Part shown: positions 15,875 through 24,599 of the stretch, piece after piece
Layout of the letters: every line of letters starts with the position of its first letter
Numbering within the stretch: position 1 is the first letter of the stretch
From: an uncultured archaeon
Lineage (GTDB): Archaea > Asgardarchaeota > Heimdallarchaeia > Heimdallarchaeales > Kariarchaeaceae
DNA: 64,000 bases
Direction: 5' to 3'
Assembly: GCA_964645535.1 (NCBI GenBank)
Contig: CAZYCQ010000009.1
Span: 6,536-70,535, forward strand
The notes under the pieces: model-generated
Told to the model about the DNA's origin: nothing
What the model saw: the letters and a program-made list of their open reading frames with translations, nothing else
Database searches by the model: none
Position numbers and translations under genes: made by a program

Positions 15875-17815
15875 TCAAAAAGTTAATTTTTCTGCTTTAT
15901 GTGGTGGTGTGATTGTCGAATCCAATTTTGCTTCCGTTCCTCTAGGGGAATGAACGATAACTTTGGTTCCTTCAAAGGCTTGTATCATTTGGTTCAGAGT
16001 TTCACCTGACGTGTGCCCACTCATTGATACTTTTGCAACCTTTTGCTTATATCGGGTACTTATTTTGGGATTTCCGGTAAGTAATTGATATCCTAATGTG
16101 TTTGGTGCTTGATATCCCGTCAATAGAACTCCAGTTTCTTCATCATCTGCCGTTGCATCAAGCAATTTCCTAATGGTTCCTGCCTGCAACATTCCATTTC
16201 CTGAAATGACAATCGTGTTTTCGGTAAAATCTTCAGGGTCTATCGTTGGAACCATTTCAATCTCATTCTTTGCTCCGTTTGGATTGTAATTGAATTGTAG
16301 CCTTCTAATTACTTTTACACCCATTCCCGCCACATAGATTTTCCATTTTGAATCAATTTTCTGGTTCAAGAGATGAAACAGGACTTCTTGTGTTCGTCCT
16401 ACACTGAACGCAGGAATAAGCAATCTTTTATTCTCTTTCATCATTTGATTTACAATTCTTTGATTATCAATTGGATCTCTTTTCCTTCCATAATAGGTTC
16501 CATCAAACATGAGAACCGTTTGATCCTCTATTGGAAATTTTGCACCCTGAAAATATGCGGTTCCATCGGCATTGAAATCTCCGGTATAGAAGATTCTCTT
16601 TCCTGCAATATTGATGTCGAATCCTACAGATCCGAATAGATGGGATGCGTGATAGGGAGTCACCTCTACATTGGGCAAAATTGCAATGGGCTTGCCAATT
16701 TCAATTTCATTAATGTTTTGTAAGGTTCCTATGATATTCTTTTCACGAACCAATTCGCTTAAGAAATAACTTGACTTAAGGAAATGTTTATTCCAATTTG
16801 ATTTCAAAACATTGGCTGTATCTGTCCAAAGGATTTCCGAAAGAATCTTCGTTTCCTTAGTAGAAAATATTGGTGTTTCAGGTGAAATCGAATGGAAAAT
16901 GGGAAGGGCACCTGAATGATCCAAATGTGCATGAGACAAAAAAATTGCGTCCACCTTATGAAATATATGTTTCCAATGCGGGATTCTGTTGTTAAGCACA
17001 CTCATTCCAAAGTCGAGAAGAATCATTCCATGCCTCGTTTTAAGCAAAATCGCAGAATGGCCAATATGTTCTCCCCCAGGAAAATGTATGGTTATTTGCT
17101 CCTCTATTTCTGGCCTGGAAAAGGTGAATTTCGGTAACCATTTCATCAACAGACTTTGAGGGATCTTTTCAGCCAAATTTGCATCAAAAGGTGTTTGTGG
17201 AATGTCACTAATATAATTTCCAAGGGTCTTGAAAGAAGGTGGGTATGACTTCAAAAATTCGTTTGTTGCAAAGTCCTCCTCAACTTCTTTCCAAGATTTA
17301 TACTGCCTAAAGTTCCTCTTTAAAAGCTCCTCCGCAATCATGGAGGAATGATGTGGTTTTACCCAATTCAATAATTCCCTAAGCGTTTCTGTTGGATATT
17401 CTCCAATATGAGTAAAGAATTCGCCCTCTCTTCTTTCAATTGTAGAAACCAATGCTGATATTGATTTCAAGGAATCAGGGATTTCCCTCTCTGGAAAGAT
17501 TTCCGAAAATGTTGAAACCAGAAACGAGAGATTAGGTATGCCGAAAGAAAGTTCATAATGCCATTTCTTCTGTTGATTGAACCAATCCTTATCTGTATCT
17601 TGAATTAATGAAATGAGATAGGGGATCTCTTCTGGTTTGAAAATTCCTTTTGATGCGAGGATTTTAACAAAACTTACAAACTCTTCATAGATCAGAGAAC
17701 CATTTTTGAACAGAAGAAAAGATATGGGCACCAATTCTTGAATATGCTCTATCTGCTCGATAGTTTTCAGATTCCATAAAATTTCTCTGATTTCCTCAAG
17801 AACAGATTCAATCAA
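15875..17815 (-). CDS. beta-CASP MBL-fold ribonuclease with ~250-aa unknown N-terminal domain
   Basis: ILLDFGMS, FLSHAHLDHSGALP, YHASHLFGS, YTGDFN and C-terminal MSGHTSG motifs. TTG start. The N-terminal 250 aa show no recognisable motif. Confidence 0.75.
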   Translation of the reverse strand: MIESVLEEIREILWNLKTIEQIEHIQELVPISFLLFKNGSLIYEEFVSFVKILASKGIFKPEEIPYLISLIQDTDKDWFNQQKKWHYELSFGIPNLSFLVSTFSEIFPEREIPDSLKSISALVSTIERREGEFFTHIGEYPTETLRELLNWVKPHHSSMIAEELLKRNFRQYKSWKEVEEDFATNEFLKSYPPSFKTLGNYISDIPQTPFDANLAEKIPQSLLMKWLPKFTFSRPEIEEQITIHFPGGEHIGHSAILLKTRHGMILLDFGMSVLNNRIPHWKHIFHKVDAIFLSHAHLDHSGALPIFHSISPETPIFSTKETKILSEILWTDTANVLKSNWNKHFLKSSYFLSELVREKNIIGTLQNINEIEIGKPIAILPNVEVTPYHASHLFGSVGFDINIAGKRIFYTGDFNADGTAYFQGAKFPIEDQTVLMFDGTYYGRKRDPIDNQRIVNQMMKENKRLLIPAFSVGRTQEVLFHLLNQKIDSKWKIYVAGMGVKVIRRLQFNYNPNGAKNEIEMVPTIDPEDFTENTIVISGNGMLQAGTIRKLLDATADDEETGVLLTGYQAPNTLGYQLLTGNPKISTRYKQKVAKVSMSGHTSGETLNQMIQAFEGTKVIVHSPRGTEAKLDSTITPPHKAEKLTF

Positions 17816-18037
17816 ATAACCTCTTTCTTCAAAGAGTTTAATGGCACCTCCTTTATTTTTCAGTTCTATTTGGATTAGTTTGATTAAGTCTTCTTGATTT
17901 ATCTTTTGTCACCAATCTGTTCTGATGACTTTATTATTTATGGATAGGCTTCCTTCAATGATCCATATCCCGATCTATTTTCTGATGTTTGTTTATAGAG
18001 ACCTTTAAGAATAAGTAATTTCCCTATTATTTAGAAA

Positions 18038-18763
18038 ATGAGCGAAGAGCAAGGCGCAGTAAAGCGAACCCTAAAATTCATAGTACAAAACATCGATAAG
18101 CTTCGGGAGCAAGTTGGTCTGAAATTTCAACAAATCGATGAGCAATTGGCTTCCTTTGGACAAGAGATAGAATCCATTAAAAGTGAAGTTCAACGGTTGC
18201 AGGCTTCCATTTCTCAACCAAAACCCACAACTGAAATTACTCAACTGGCACAACGGATCCAATCACTTGAAACTGCTATTGCAGGATTGAAATCAAACAT
18301 TTCTTCTACATCCTCCGTTTCATCATCCGTTACTCCATCACAAATTCCCACACCTCCAGTTTCACCCCCTGTTCCTGTAAGGAAGTCCAGTCCAGCCATC
18401 CCCCCCACAACAACTCCTTCAACTCAACCATCTCCTATCCCACGGAGTCCTCCCGCAACATCATCTTCTGCTCCTGCTCCACCTCCTCCCCCACCTTCAA
18501 ATCCTCCTTCTCCCCCACCTAGTGCTGGGCTTTCCGCTTCCCCACCTCCTCCTTCAACTCAACCATCTCCTATCCCACGGAGTCCTCCCGCAACATCATC
18601 TTCTGCTCCTGCTCCACCTCCTCCCCCATCTTCAAATCCTCCTTCTCCTCCTCCCGCAACAAAGGAGAGACCTGCTTCCCCGTCATCAACTATGAAAGTT
18701 TCTGCTGATTCAGATGATAAAAAAGAACTTATGGAAGCTTTGAGAATACTTGATGACATATAG
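18038..18763 (+). CDS. coiled-coil protein with duplicated proline-rich low-complexity region
   Basis: N-terminal heptad-rich ~90 aa. Then about 130 aa of P/S/T/A containing two copies of TQPSPIPRSPPATSSSAPAPPPPP.SNPPSPPP. Acidic amphipathic C-terminus DDKKELMEALRILDDI. Confidence 0.6.
   Translation: MSEEQGAVKRTLKFIVQNIDKLREQVGLKFQQIDEQLASFGQEIESIKSEVQRLQASISQPKPTTEITQLAQRIQSLETAIAGLKSNISSTSSVSSSVTPSQIPTPPVSPPVPVRKSSPAIPPTTTPSTQPSPIPRSPPATSSSAPAPPPPPPSNPPSPPPSAGLSASPPPPSTQPSPIPRSPPATSSSAPAPPPPPSSNPPSPPPATKERPASPSSTMKVSADSDDKKELMEALRILDDI
18414..18648. repeat. direct duplication, two 100-nt copies, period 135 nt
   Basis: 18414-18513 versus 18549-18648 differ at a single position by hand alignment. 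The duplication is in frame (45 codons) inside the proline-rich CDS. Confidence 0.85.
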
Positions 18764-18812
18764 GTTCTTGTTCCATCGAAATTGTTTTTTCTCCTTTCCA
18801 TTCTTCTGATTT

Positions 18813-19328
18813 GTGGACTTGACAAGTATCGATTACTCACTTACTGAAAAAATTGCCAATCTGATCCACAAAAATTCAAAATGGAGAACTCCTATTCGAA
18901 TATTTACCATGACTGGCACCTACATTTTCTGGTTCCCCCTTTTAGTGGTTTGGAATCTTCTTTTTCCGGATGACTGGCAGTTTCCTTTCTTGATAATGCA
19001 GACATGGAATATGCTGTTAGTTCAGGCAATTAAACGTATTGTCAAACGTGATAGGCCTGAATTCGGTGATTTTTCAATGGGTGTTGTTAAATTTGATGTG
19101 CACAGTTTTCCTTCGGGTCATAGTGCTCGTGCCGCAATTGTGATGATGATCATGCCCTCTCTCTTTCCGAATTTTGCTTGGTTTTGGATTCTGTGGGGTA
19201 TGGCAATTATGCTTTCTCGACTGCTTTTAGGGGTTCATTATGTCAGCGACATTGTTGGTGGTTATATTGTGGGAATAGTCTCTCTCTTTCCTCTCTTTCT
19301 GTTCGACTATTTTGATCCCTTATTCTGA
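18813..19328 (+). CDS. PAP2-family lipid phosphatase
   Basis: KRIVKRDRP, PSGHS and SRLLLGVHYVSD (the three PAP2 motifs). Membrane protein; GTG start. Confidence 0.75.
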   Translation: MDLTSIDYSLTEKIANLIHKNSKWRTPIRIFTMTGTYIFWFPLLVVWNLLFPDDWQFPFLIMQTWNMLLVQAIKRIVKRDRPEFGDFSMGVVKFDVHSFPSGHSARAAIVMMIMPSLFPNFAWFWILWGMAIMLSRLLLGVHYVSDIVGGYIVGIVSLFPLFLFDYFDPLF

Positions 19329-19850
19329 ATTTTGATCTTCTTCATCTTTCAATTCTTCTTGGATGTCGGAAACCACTTTAGATGCTGCCATTAATAGCCA
19401 TTCATGTATTTCCACATCTACGCCATCTGCCATTTCAAATATTTCCCATACACGGTCAGTTACACGTTGAAGACTTAGTGCCTCTATTGCTTGGGATTTT
19501 GATAAACTCCCCAGCTTAGTGGTTGAAGGAATTACTATTGCAGTTGGCTTCGGATTGTATTTCCATATAAAATCTTCCCAGAAATCTCGCCTGATTTCCC
19601 CTATATTTTCATCGGTAAGTTCCAATGCCAATACTACTGCATCTGCCTTGTTTAACTTTCCAGAGTTCCTTAAATCATGCAGTCGGCTGACTTCAATCAG
19701 ATCCCAGTTAACCTTTCTTTCTTCCTTGATGATTGGGGAAAGATCAATCAGCTTTTGTAGTAATGGAGTCGTTTTACCAACCCTAATGAACAAAATATCT
19801 AGGTTATCATAACTCTTCCTTTCCAAAATGAAGTTCAATAACTGTTTCAT
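19320..19850 (-). CDS. Arf/Arl-like small GTPase homolog with degenerate G motifs
   Basis: Amphipathic N-terminus MKQLLNFILERK. Shortened P-loop ILFIRVGKTTPLL. WD retained but no DxxGQ (NWDLIEVS). NKxD is replaced by STTK. The C-terminal part ...RVWEIFEMADGVDVEIHEWLL aligns with the Arf W...SA..G.GL.EGL.WL pattern. Confidence 0.45.
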   Translation of the reverse strand: MKQLLNFILERKSYDNLDILFIRVGKTTPLLQKLIDLSPIIKEERKVNWDLIEVSRLHDLRNSGKLNKADAVVLALELTDENIGEIRRDFWEDFIWKYNPKPTAIVIPSTTKLGSLSKSQAIEALSLQRVTDRVWEIFEMADGVDVEIHEWLLMAASKVVSDIQEELKDEEDQNSE

Positions 19851-19973
19851 CTACTCATCTTTCTGATGAACGGCTTAAATACGAATTGATTGGGTATCAT
19901 TCCACTACCTACATTCTTGCATTGAATTGCAATAAAGGAAGAGATAAAAAGTGAGTAATAATCATTAGAATAC

Positions 19974-20603
19974 GTGAAAAAAGTAATTATTGCTACATTG
20001 CTTCTTCTTATGTTCATGTCATCTCTCCCTACGCATGCCTACAGCGAAAAAAATGGTATTGAGAGAGGTGACGATGTCCGGCTTGCCTATAGGGGTGTCT
20101 TGGAAAATGGAACCGTGTTTGATCCCGGAAGTGATGACACCGTTTTCCGGAATCTCGATTACGGTAATTATATTGATGGCTTTGTGGATGAGCTTCTCGG
20201 CATGAAAATCGGTGAAAAAAAGACATTTGAGGTTCCACCTGAAAAAGGGTATACTTCTCCCAATCATTATCTTCATGGATTGACATTGATTTTCACTGTC
20301 GAGATTCTCGGAATCGAAGGTTATGATCCGGCTTCAGACACCTCTGGCTCTGTTTCTCCCAACTTCCTCACCACTGTAGTTCGTGTGATCGGTTGGGCGT
20401 TTGGAATAGTCTTTGTTCCCATTATTCTTTTTGGTGTGTATAGATTCATTAACGAAAGTTTAGTTAACCGTTCAAGTCACATTTGCAGCATTGGAGGAGA
20501 AAAAGCTGACGGGGTTTGTGCCAACTGTGGCACTCCTTATTGCCGATCTCACTTCATAAAAGGATGCTCACAATGTCATGGAGTAACTCTTCAACCCAAG
20601 TGA
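19974..20603 (+). CDS. secreted FKBP-type peptidyl-prolyl isomerase with TM segment and C-terminal Cys-rich zinc finger
   Basis: Signal peptide, then an FKBP core (GDDVRLAYRGVLENGTVFD, GMKIGEKKTFEVPPEKGY, LIFTVEILGIE). A TM helix follows, then CSIGGEKADGVCANCGTPYCRSHFIKGCSQCHG. Confidence 0.7.
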   Translation: MKKVIIATLLLLMFMSSLPTHAYSEKNGIERGDDVRLAYRGVLENGTVFDPGSDDTVFRNLDYGNYIDGFVDELLGMKIGEKKTFEVPPEKGYTSPNHYLHGLTLIFTVEILGIEGYDPASDTSGSVSPNFLTTVVRVIGWAFGIVFVPIILFGVYRFINESLVNRSSHICSIGGEKADGVCANCGTPYCRSHFIKGCSQCHGVTLQPK

Positions 20604-20609
20604 AGTCAA

Positions 20610-21527
20610 TTGCAAAGGGAACGAAAACTCAGTAGGCGGTACAAAACCGACCTCCATGTCGTGCGATCGCTTGTCCAATCCATTGGATATGAAAGTGCAG
20701 AAGAAATCCTGCAAATGCATCCAAATGACCTAAGGCCAACTGCTAGAGTCAACCTTCACAAAACGAGCCGAAAAGACGCAATTGAATTCCTCCTGCAGGA
20801 AGGTATTCGGGCAATTCCTATAAAGGAAGTTCCCGAAGGTATTGAAATCATTCAGGGAAAACCAAAATTGGGTCATTCTCTTTCCTATCTTCAAGGGCTT
20901 GTGACTCCCCAAGGTCTTGGGTCAATGTTGGCTGTCCATATCTTGGATCCAAAACCTGGCGAAAATATCCTTGATTTAGCTGCTGCACCGGGGGGAAAAA
21001 CTACATTCATTGCTGAACGGATGCGCAACCAAGGTGTTGTGGTTGCAAATGACATTAACCGTGCTCGATTGAAGGCAGTCCAAGCTAATGTCAATCGCCA
21101 TGGACTGTCCAACGTCATTATCACAAATCATGATGGAACTTCTATTGATCTAGGCATGCAATTTGATAGGATACTCTTGGATGCCCCATGTACTGGCGAA
21201 GGATTATTGGTATCCCAACCCAAAAGACGCCGTTCCAAAGATATCTCGGATCCATACATTCTTCAAAGGCTTCAACGGCAGTTGCTGGCAAAAGCCCTAT
21301 CCCATCTTAAAATAGGTGGACAGTTGGTGTATTCGACCTGTTCACTCAACTTAGTTGAAAATGAGGAGGTTATTGATCCATATCTTGACAAATTGCAAGT
21401 TGAAGAAATTCATCAGTCCATCCCTGCTCCCTTGAGTTCAGAAAAAATCCCAAATGCAATTCGCCTTCTTCCTTCAACTCATGGGTGCGATGGCTTTTTC
21501 ATTGCATTGATGAGGAAGGTGGAATAA
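20610..21527 (+). CDS. NOP2/Sun (RsmB-type) RNA m5C methyltransferase
   Basis: DLAAAPGGKT (SAM motif), LDAPCTGEG and VYSTCS (the two catalytic Cys motifs). TTG start. Confidence 0.85.
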   Translation: MQRERKLSRRYKTDLHVVRSLVQSIGYESAEEILQMHPNDLRPTARVNLHKTSRKDAIEFLLQEGIRAIPIKEVPEGIEIIQGKPKLGHSLSYLQGLVTPQGLGSMLAVHILDPKPGENILDLAAAPGGKTTFIAERMRNQGVVVANDINRARLKAVQANVNRHGLSNVIITNHDGTSIDLGMQFDRILLDAPCTGEGLLVSQPKRRRSKDISDPYILQRLQRQLLAKALSHLKIGGQLVYSTCSLNLVENEEVIDPYLDKLQVEEIHQSIPAPLSSEKIPNAIRLLPSTHGCDGFFIALMRKVE

Positions 21528-21529
21528 TT

Positions 21530-21991
21530 ATGGAGATTGCTGAACTAACCGCACAACAGGTCAATTCACTCATTCTTGAACAATTCGGCGTTTATTTGGA
21601 ATTGAAAGAAGAGGGACATTATTTTTTGTTTAGAAGAGAGGATGTTGAATATATTTCCTGGAGTCTGACTTCCCTTCCAGCAATGGAAAATGCCATTTCA
21701 TACGGGTTGCTGCTGTGTGCATATTCCCCAAAGAAAAAATTGGTGTATCCTTCAATTGTGGATAGAGTTTCTGGATATCCAACTGTTGAAATCCAATCCG
21801 TAAAAAAGGCAATAAAATTTTCAAGAGGAGAAAACGTTGCCTTACCTTCCCTTCAGGAATTCGAACAAAAACAAATCATTGTTACGCATAATGGATATCC
21901 TCTTGCTTTCGGTCAAGTTTTGTTTGGTGAATTTCAACCATTGATTGATATCGGTTGGTATCTCCGAGAAGCCGAAAAAGTTAGTCTTTAG
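21530..21991 (+). CDS. nip7: NIP7-like pre-PUA/PUA protein
   Basis: LTAQQVNSLILEQFG...GHYFLFRREDVEYIS...KFSRGENV...IIVTHNGYPLAFGQV...PLIDIGWYLRE parallels eukaryotic Nip7 (LTEEE..., Y.FR...DRVYYVS, PLGFG, DIGEY.R.E). ATG 21530 lies 2 nt after the NOP2/Sun stop. Confidence 0.65.
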   Translation: MEIAELTAQQVNSLILEQFGVYLELKEEGHYFLFRREDVEYISWSLTSLPAMENAISYGLLLCAYSPKKKLVYPSIVDRVSGYPTVEIQSVKKAIKFSRGENVALPSLQEFEQKQIIVTHNGYPLAFGQVLFGEFQPLIDIGWYLREAEKVSL

Positions 21992-22664
21992 TTTTTTCAT
22001 CTTCAAGGACCTGAGAAACCTTTTCTATCTCAGTTGCCCAAGAATCATATTCCAAGGCAAACGCAATTGCCATGATTCCAACCTTGTAAGAATAGATGAA
22101 AACTGCCATATTCCAGAAATTGAAATCTAACGGGACTATGTAGTAGTTTATGACAGCTGTTACAAACATGAACAAGGACACCAAAAAATTGATGGTAGCA
22201 AGAAGACGTAATCTTCTTCCTCTAGAATATGCGATAGGTGTTTTTGAGAGCATGAATATAACAATGGAAAAAAATATCGCTCCTAACGGTGCGGACCAAT
22301 AAAGCCAAATGAAATCTATTTCTATTCGAACTGTATTGATAAGTAATGAAAAAACGGTTATGAACCTCGATAACAAGGAGAAAAGGAGAAACAAGATAGT
22401 CATGACCATCGCCTCTCTCGGCTTTTCCATTTTTAGCACCAATGCAGGGATTACATATGCGTTGATCCCCCAATCGCCTAAAAAAATCAAACCCAAGATG
22501 ATTCCTATTCCTAGTGGTGGTGCCTGCCTAAAACGCAGTTCGATTCCACTCACATCCGCTATTGCTGCATAAAGAATCATTAGGGAAAAAAATTGAATCC
22601 CTGTAGACCACGATAGCCATCCCAATCGTTTTGCCAATTCCTTATCAGGCAAATTTTTAATCAT
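21981..22664 (-). CDS. polytopic membrane protein, unknown function
   Basis: About 6 hydrophobic helices; no recognised motif. Confidence 0.5.
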   Translation of the reverse strand: MIKNLPDKELAKRLGWLSWSTGIQFFSLMILYAAIADVSGIELRFRQAPPLGIGIILGLIFLGDWGINAYVIPALVLKMEKPREAMVMTILFLLFSLLSRFITVFSLLINTVRIEIDFIWLYWSAPLGAIFFSIVIFMLSKTPIAYSRGRRLRLLATINFLVSLFMFVTAVINYYIVPLDFNFWNMAVFIYSYKVGIMAIAFALEYDSWATEIEKVSQVLEDEKTKD

Positions 22665-22973
22665 ATTGTTGATACTATTGCTTTCTTTATCTCAGTTAGC
22701 GTTCTTTCACTTATCAATATCTAAACTTCACAAAATGATTCATCATCCGTATTTTTCGCCACAAATCGTGCTGAAAAAAATAACTAGGGTTCAACCATCT
22801 ACGAAAAGTTAACGATCACCTTTTTTTGGGCATAAAATTCTATTTTCATAGAATATTGGCTAGACGTACATTTCAGCCATTATTCCCCAAAAAATGGATA
22901 GATGAATTCATCAAAATCAAAATTCCTTGTTCAAACAATAAATTTTGAATATTGCTAAGTGGGTTTTTGACAA

Positions 22974-24137
22974 GTGAGAGATGTTGCAATTATAGGGACA
23001 GGGATGACGAAATTTGGCTCCCTCGGACGAGTTACGTCCCGGGAGTTGATAACGTCTGCTGCCCGTGAAGCAATGGAGGATGCAGGAGTTGCATCTTCTG
23101 ACATTGATGCAATTTATGTGGGGCAATTATCGGGAGATATTTTTGAACATCAGATGCATGCTGCTCCTGGTGTTCCTGATTATTTGGGGCTCCAAAATGT
23201 TCCTTCCACACGTGTTGAAGCGGCTTGTGCTTCTGGTGGTTTGTCTGTGATGCATGCCATAATGGCAGTGGCTGGTGGATTTTATGACACCGTTCTGGCA
23301 ACTGGTGCTGAGAAAATGACGAACTTGCCAACATCACATGTCACTGAAGCACTAAGCATGTGTGCCGATGATGTTTTCGAAGTTTCTTTGGGAGTAACAT
23401 TCCCAGGAGCATTCGCAATGATGGCTCGTGCCCATGAAAAAGAGTTTGGAACAAATGCGGAGATGCGGGCCGCAGTTGCCGTAAAAAACCATGATCATGC
23501 TTTGCTAAATCCCAAAGCGCAATTTCATAAAAAAATAACAATTGAAAAGGTAATCAATTCAGTCATGATTGCTGATCCATTGACTTTGTATGATTGCTCC
23601 CCTATTACGGATGGTGCTGCCGCGATCATTGTTGTTCCTTGGGAGGATCGGAAGAAATATGAGGGACAGGCCGTCCGTGTGAGGGCATTTGCGCAAGCAA
23701 GTGATACCATGTCGCTCCATGACAGAAAAGATCTGACCGGCTTTACTACCACAAAAGTTGCTGCAAGAAAAGCGTTCAAGATGGCAGGTCTGGAACCAAA
23801 AGACATCGATATCCTTGAGGTTCATGATTGTTTCACCATCGCAGAGATCATGGCGTTGGAAGATATGGGTTTCTATAAGAAGGGAGAAGGAGGGCGAGCC
23901 GCCCTTGATGGCGAGACTACAAGGGATGGTCCTCTTCCAGTGAATGTGTCTGGTGGATTAAAGGCAAAGGGTCACCCAATCGGTGCAACCGGTGTGGCTC
24001 AAATTGTTGAAATCACAAATCAACTTCGAGGAACTGCCGGAAGACGACAAGTTGCAGATGTTGAGATTGGGATGACACAAAATCTAGGGGGTTCTGGATC
24101 AACCATTGTCACCCATATTTTGGAAAGAGGTGATTAA
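22974..24137 (+). CDS. archaeal thiolase (acetyl-CoA acetyltransferase, SCP-x-type)
   Basis: VAIIGTGMTKFG, VEAACASGG (catalytic Cys), NVSGGLKAKGHPIGATG. GTG start. Confidence 0.85.
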   Translation: MRDVAIIGTGMTKFGSLGRVTSRELITSAAREAMEDAGVASSDIDAIYVGQLSGDIFEHQMHAAPGVPDYLGLQNVPSTRVEAACASGGLSVMHAIMAVAGGFYDTVLATGAEKMTNLPTSHVTEALSMCADDVFEVSLGVTFPGAFAMMARAHEKEFGTNAEMRAAVAVKNHDHALLNPKAQFHKKITIEKVINSVMIADPLTLYDCSPITDGAAAIIVVPWEDRKKYEGQAVRVRAFAQASDTMSLHDRKDLTGFTTTKVAARKAFKMAGLEPKDIDILEVHDCFTIAEIMALEDMGFYKKGEGGRAALDGETTRDGPLPVNVSGGLKAKGHPIGATGVAQIVEITNQLRGTAGRRQVADVEIGMTQNLGGSGSTIVTHILERGD

Positions 24138-24527
24138 ATGAGCGAAGATCAAGTCAATCGAGTAATTGCAAAATATGAAGCGGCCATCAATGAAGGAAAA
24201 CTTGTTGGTGTTCGATGCAAGGACTGCAATAATGTAATGGTGCCCCCTCGTCCAGTTTGCAGAGCTTGCCAATCCACTAACATAGAAATCCATCCGATTG
24301 AGGGAAGGGGAAAACTATTGACATGGACTACAATTCACGTAGGTCCCCCTTCATATGAGGATAATGTCCCGTACACTGTAGGAATTGTAGAATTCGACAA
24401 TGGTGAACGATTAACCGGAATCGTTGAAATTCCCGTCACTGAATTGGACTATGGGATTGAAGTTGTAGCAGGATTTGACCCTTCAAAAGAGGGAGCTGCA
24501 AGACTACGATGGAGAAAACCAGAATAA
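24138..24527 (+). CDS. DUF35 OB-fold / zinc-ribbon protein (thiolase partner)
   Basis: CKDCNNVMVPPRPVCRACQS zinc ribbon followed by an OB-fold region. The ATG directly abuts the thiolase TAA. Confidence 0.8.
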   Translation: MSEDQVNRVIAKYEAAINEGKLVGVRCKDCNNVMVPPRPVCRACQSTNIEIHPIEGRGKLLTWTTIHVGPPSYEDNVPYTVGIVEFDNGERLTGIVEIPVTELDYGIEVVAGFDPSKEGAARLRWRKPE

Positions 24528-24599
24528 TTTTCACCATAGAGTAGTCCAAAACTTTCTTGAGAAAATTTTTTATTCTTTACTTCTCATTTTTTTTTAGGG

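Noticed and set aside
18300-18700. Exact P(S/T)AP late-domain motif or ESCRT-III-type MIM1 motif in the proline-rich protein.
   Set aside because: Only near-misses are present (SSAP, PPSAG). The C-terminal ELMEALRIL does not fit the (D/E)xxLxxRLxxL(K/R) register. A UEV or Vps4 link therefore remains speculation and is not claimed as a motif hit.
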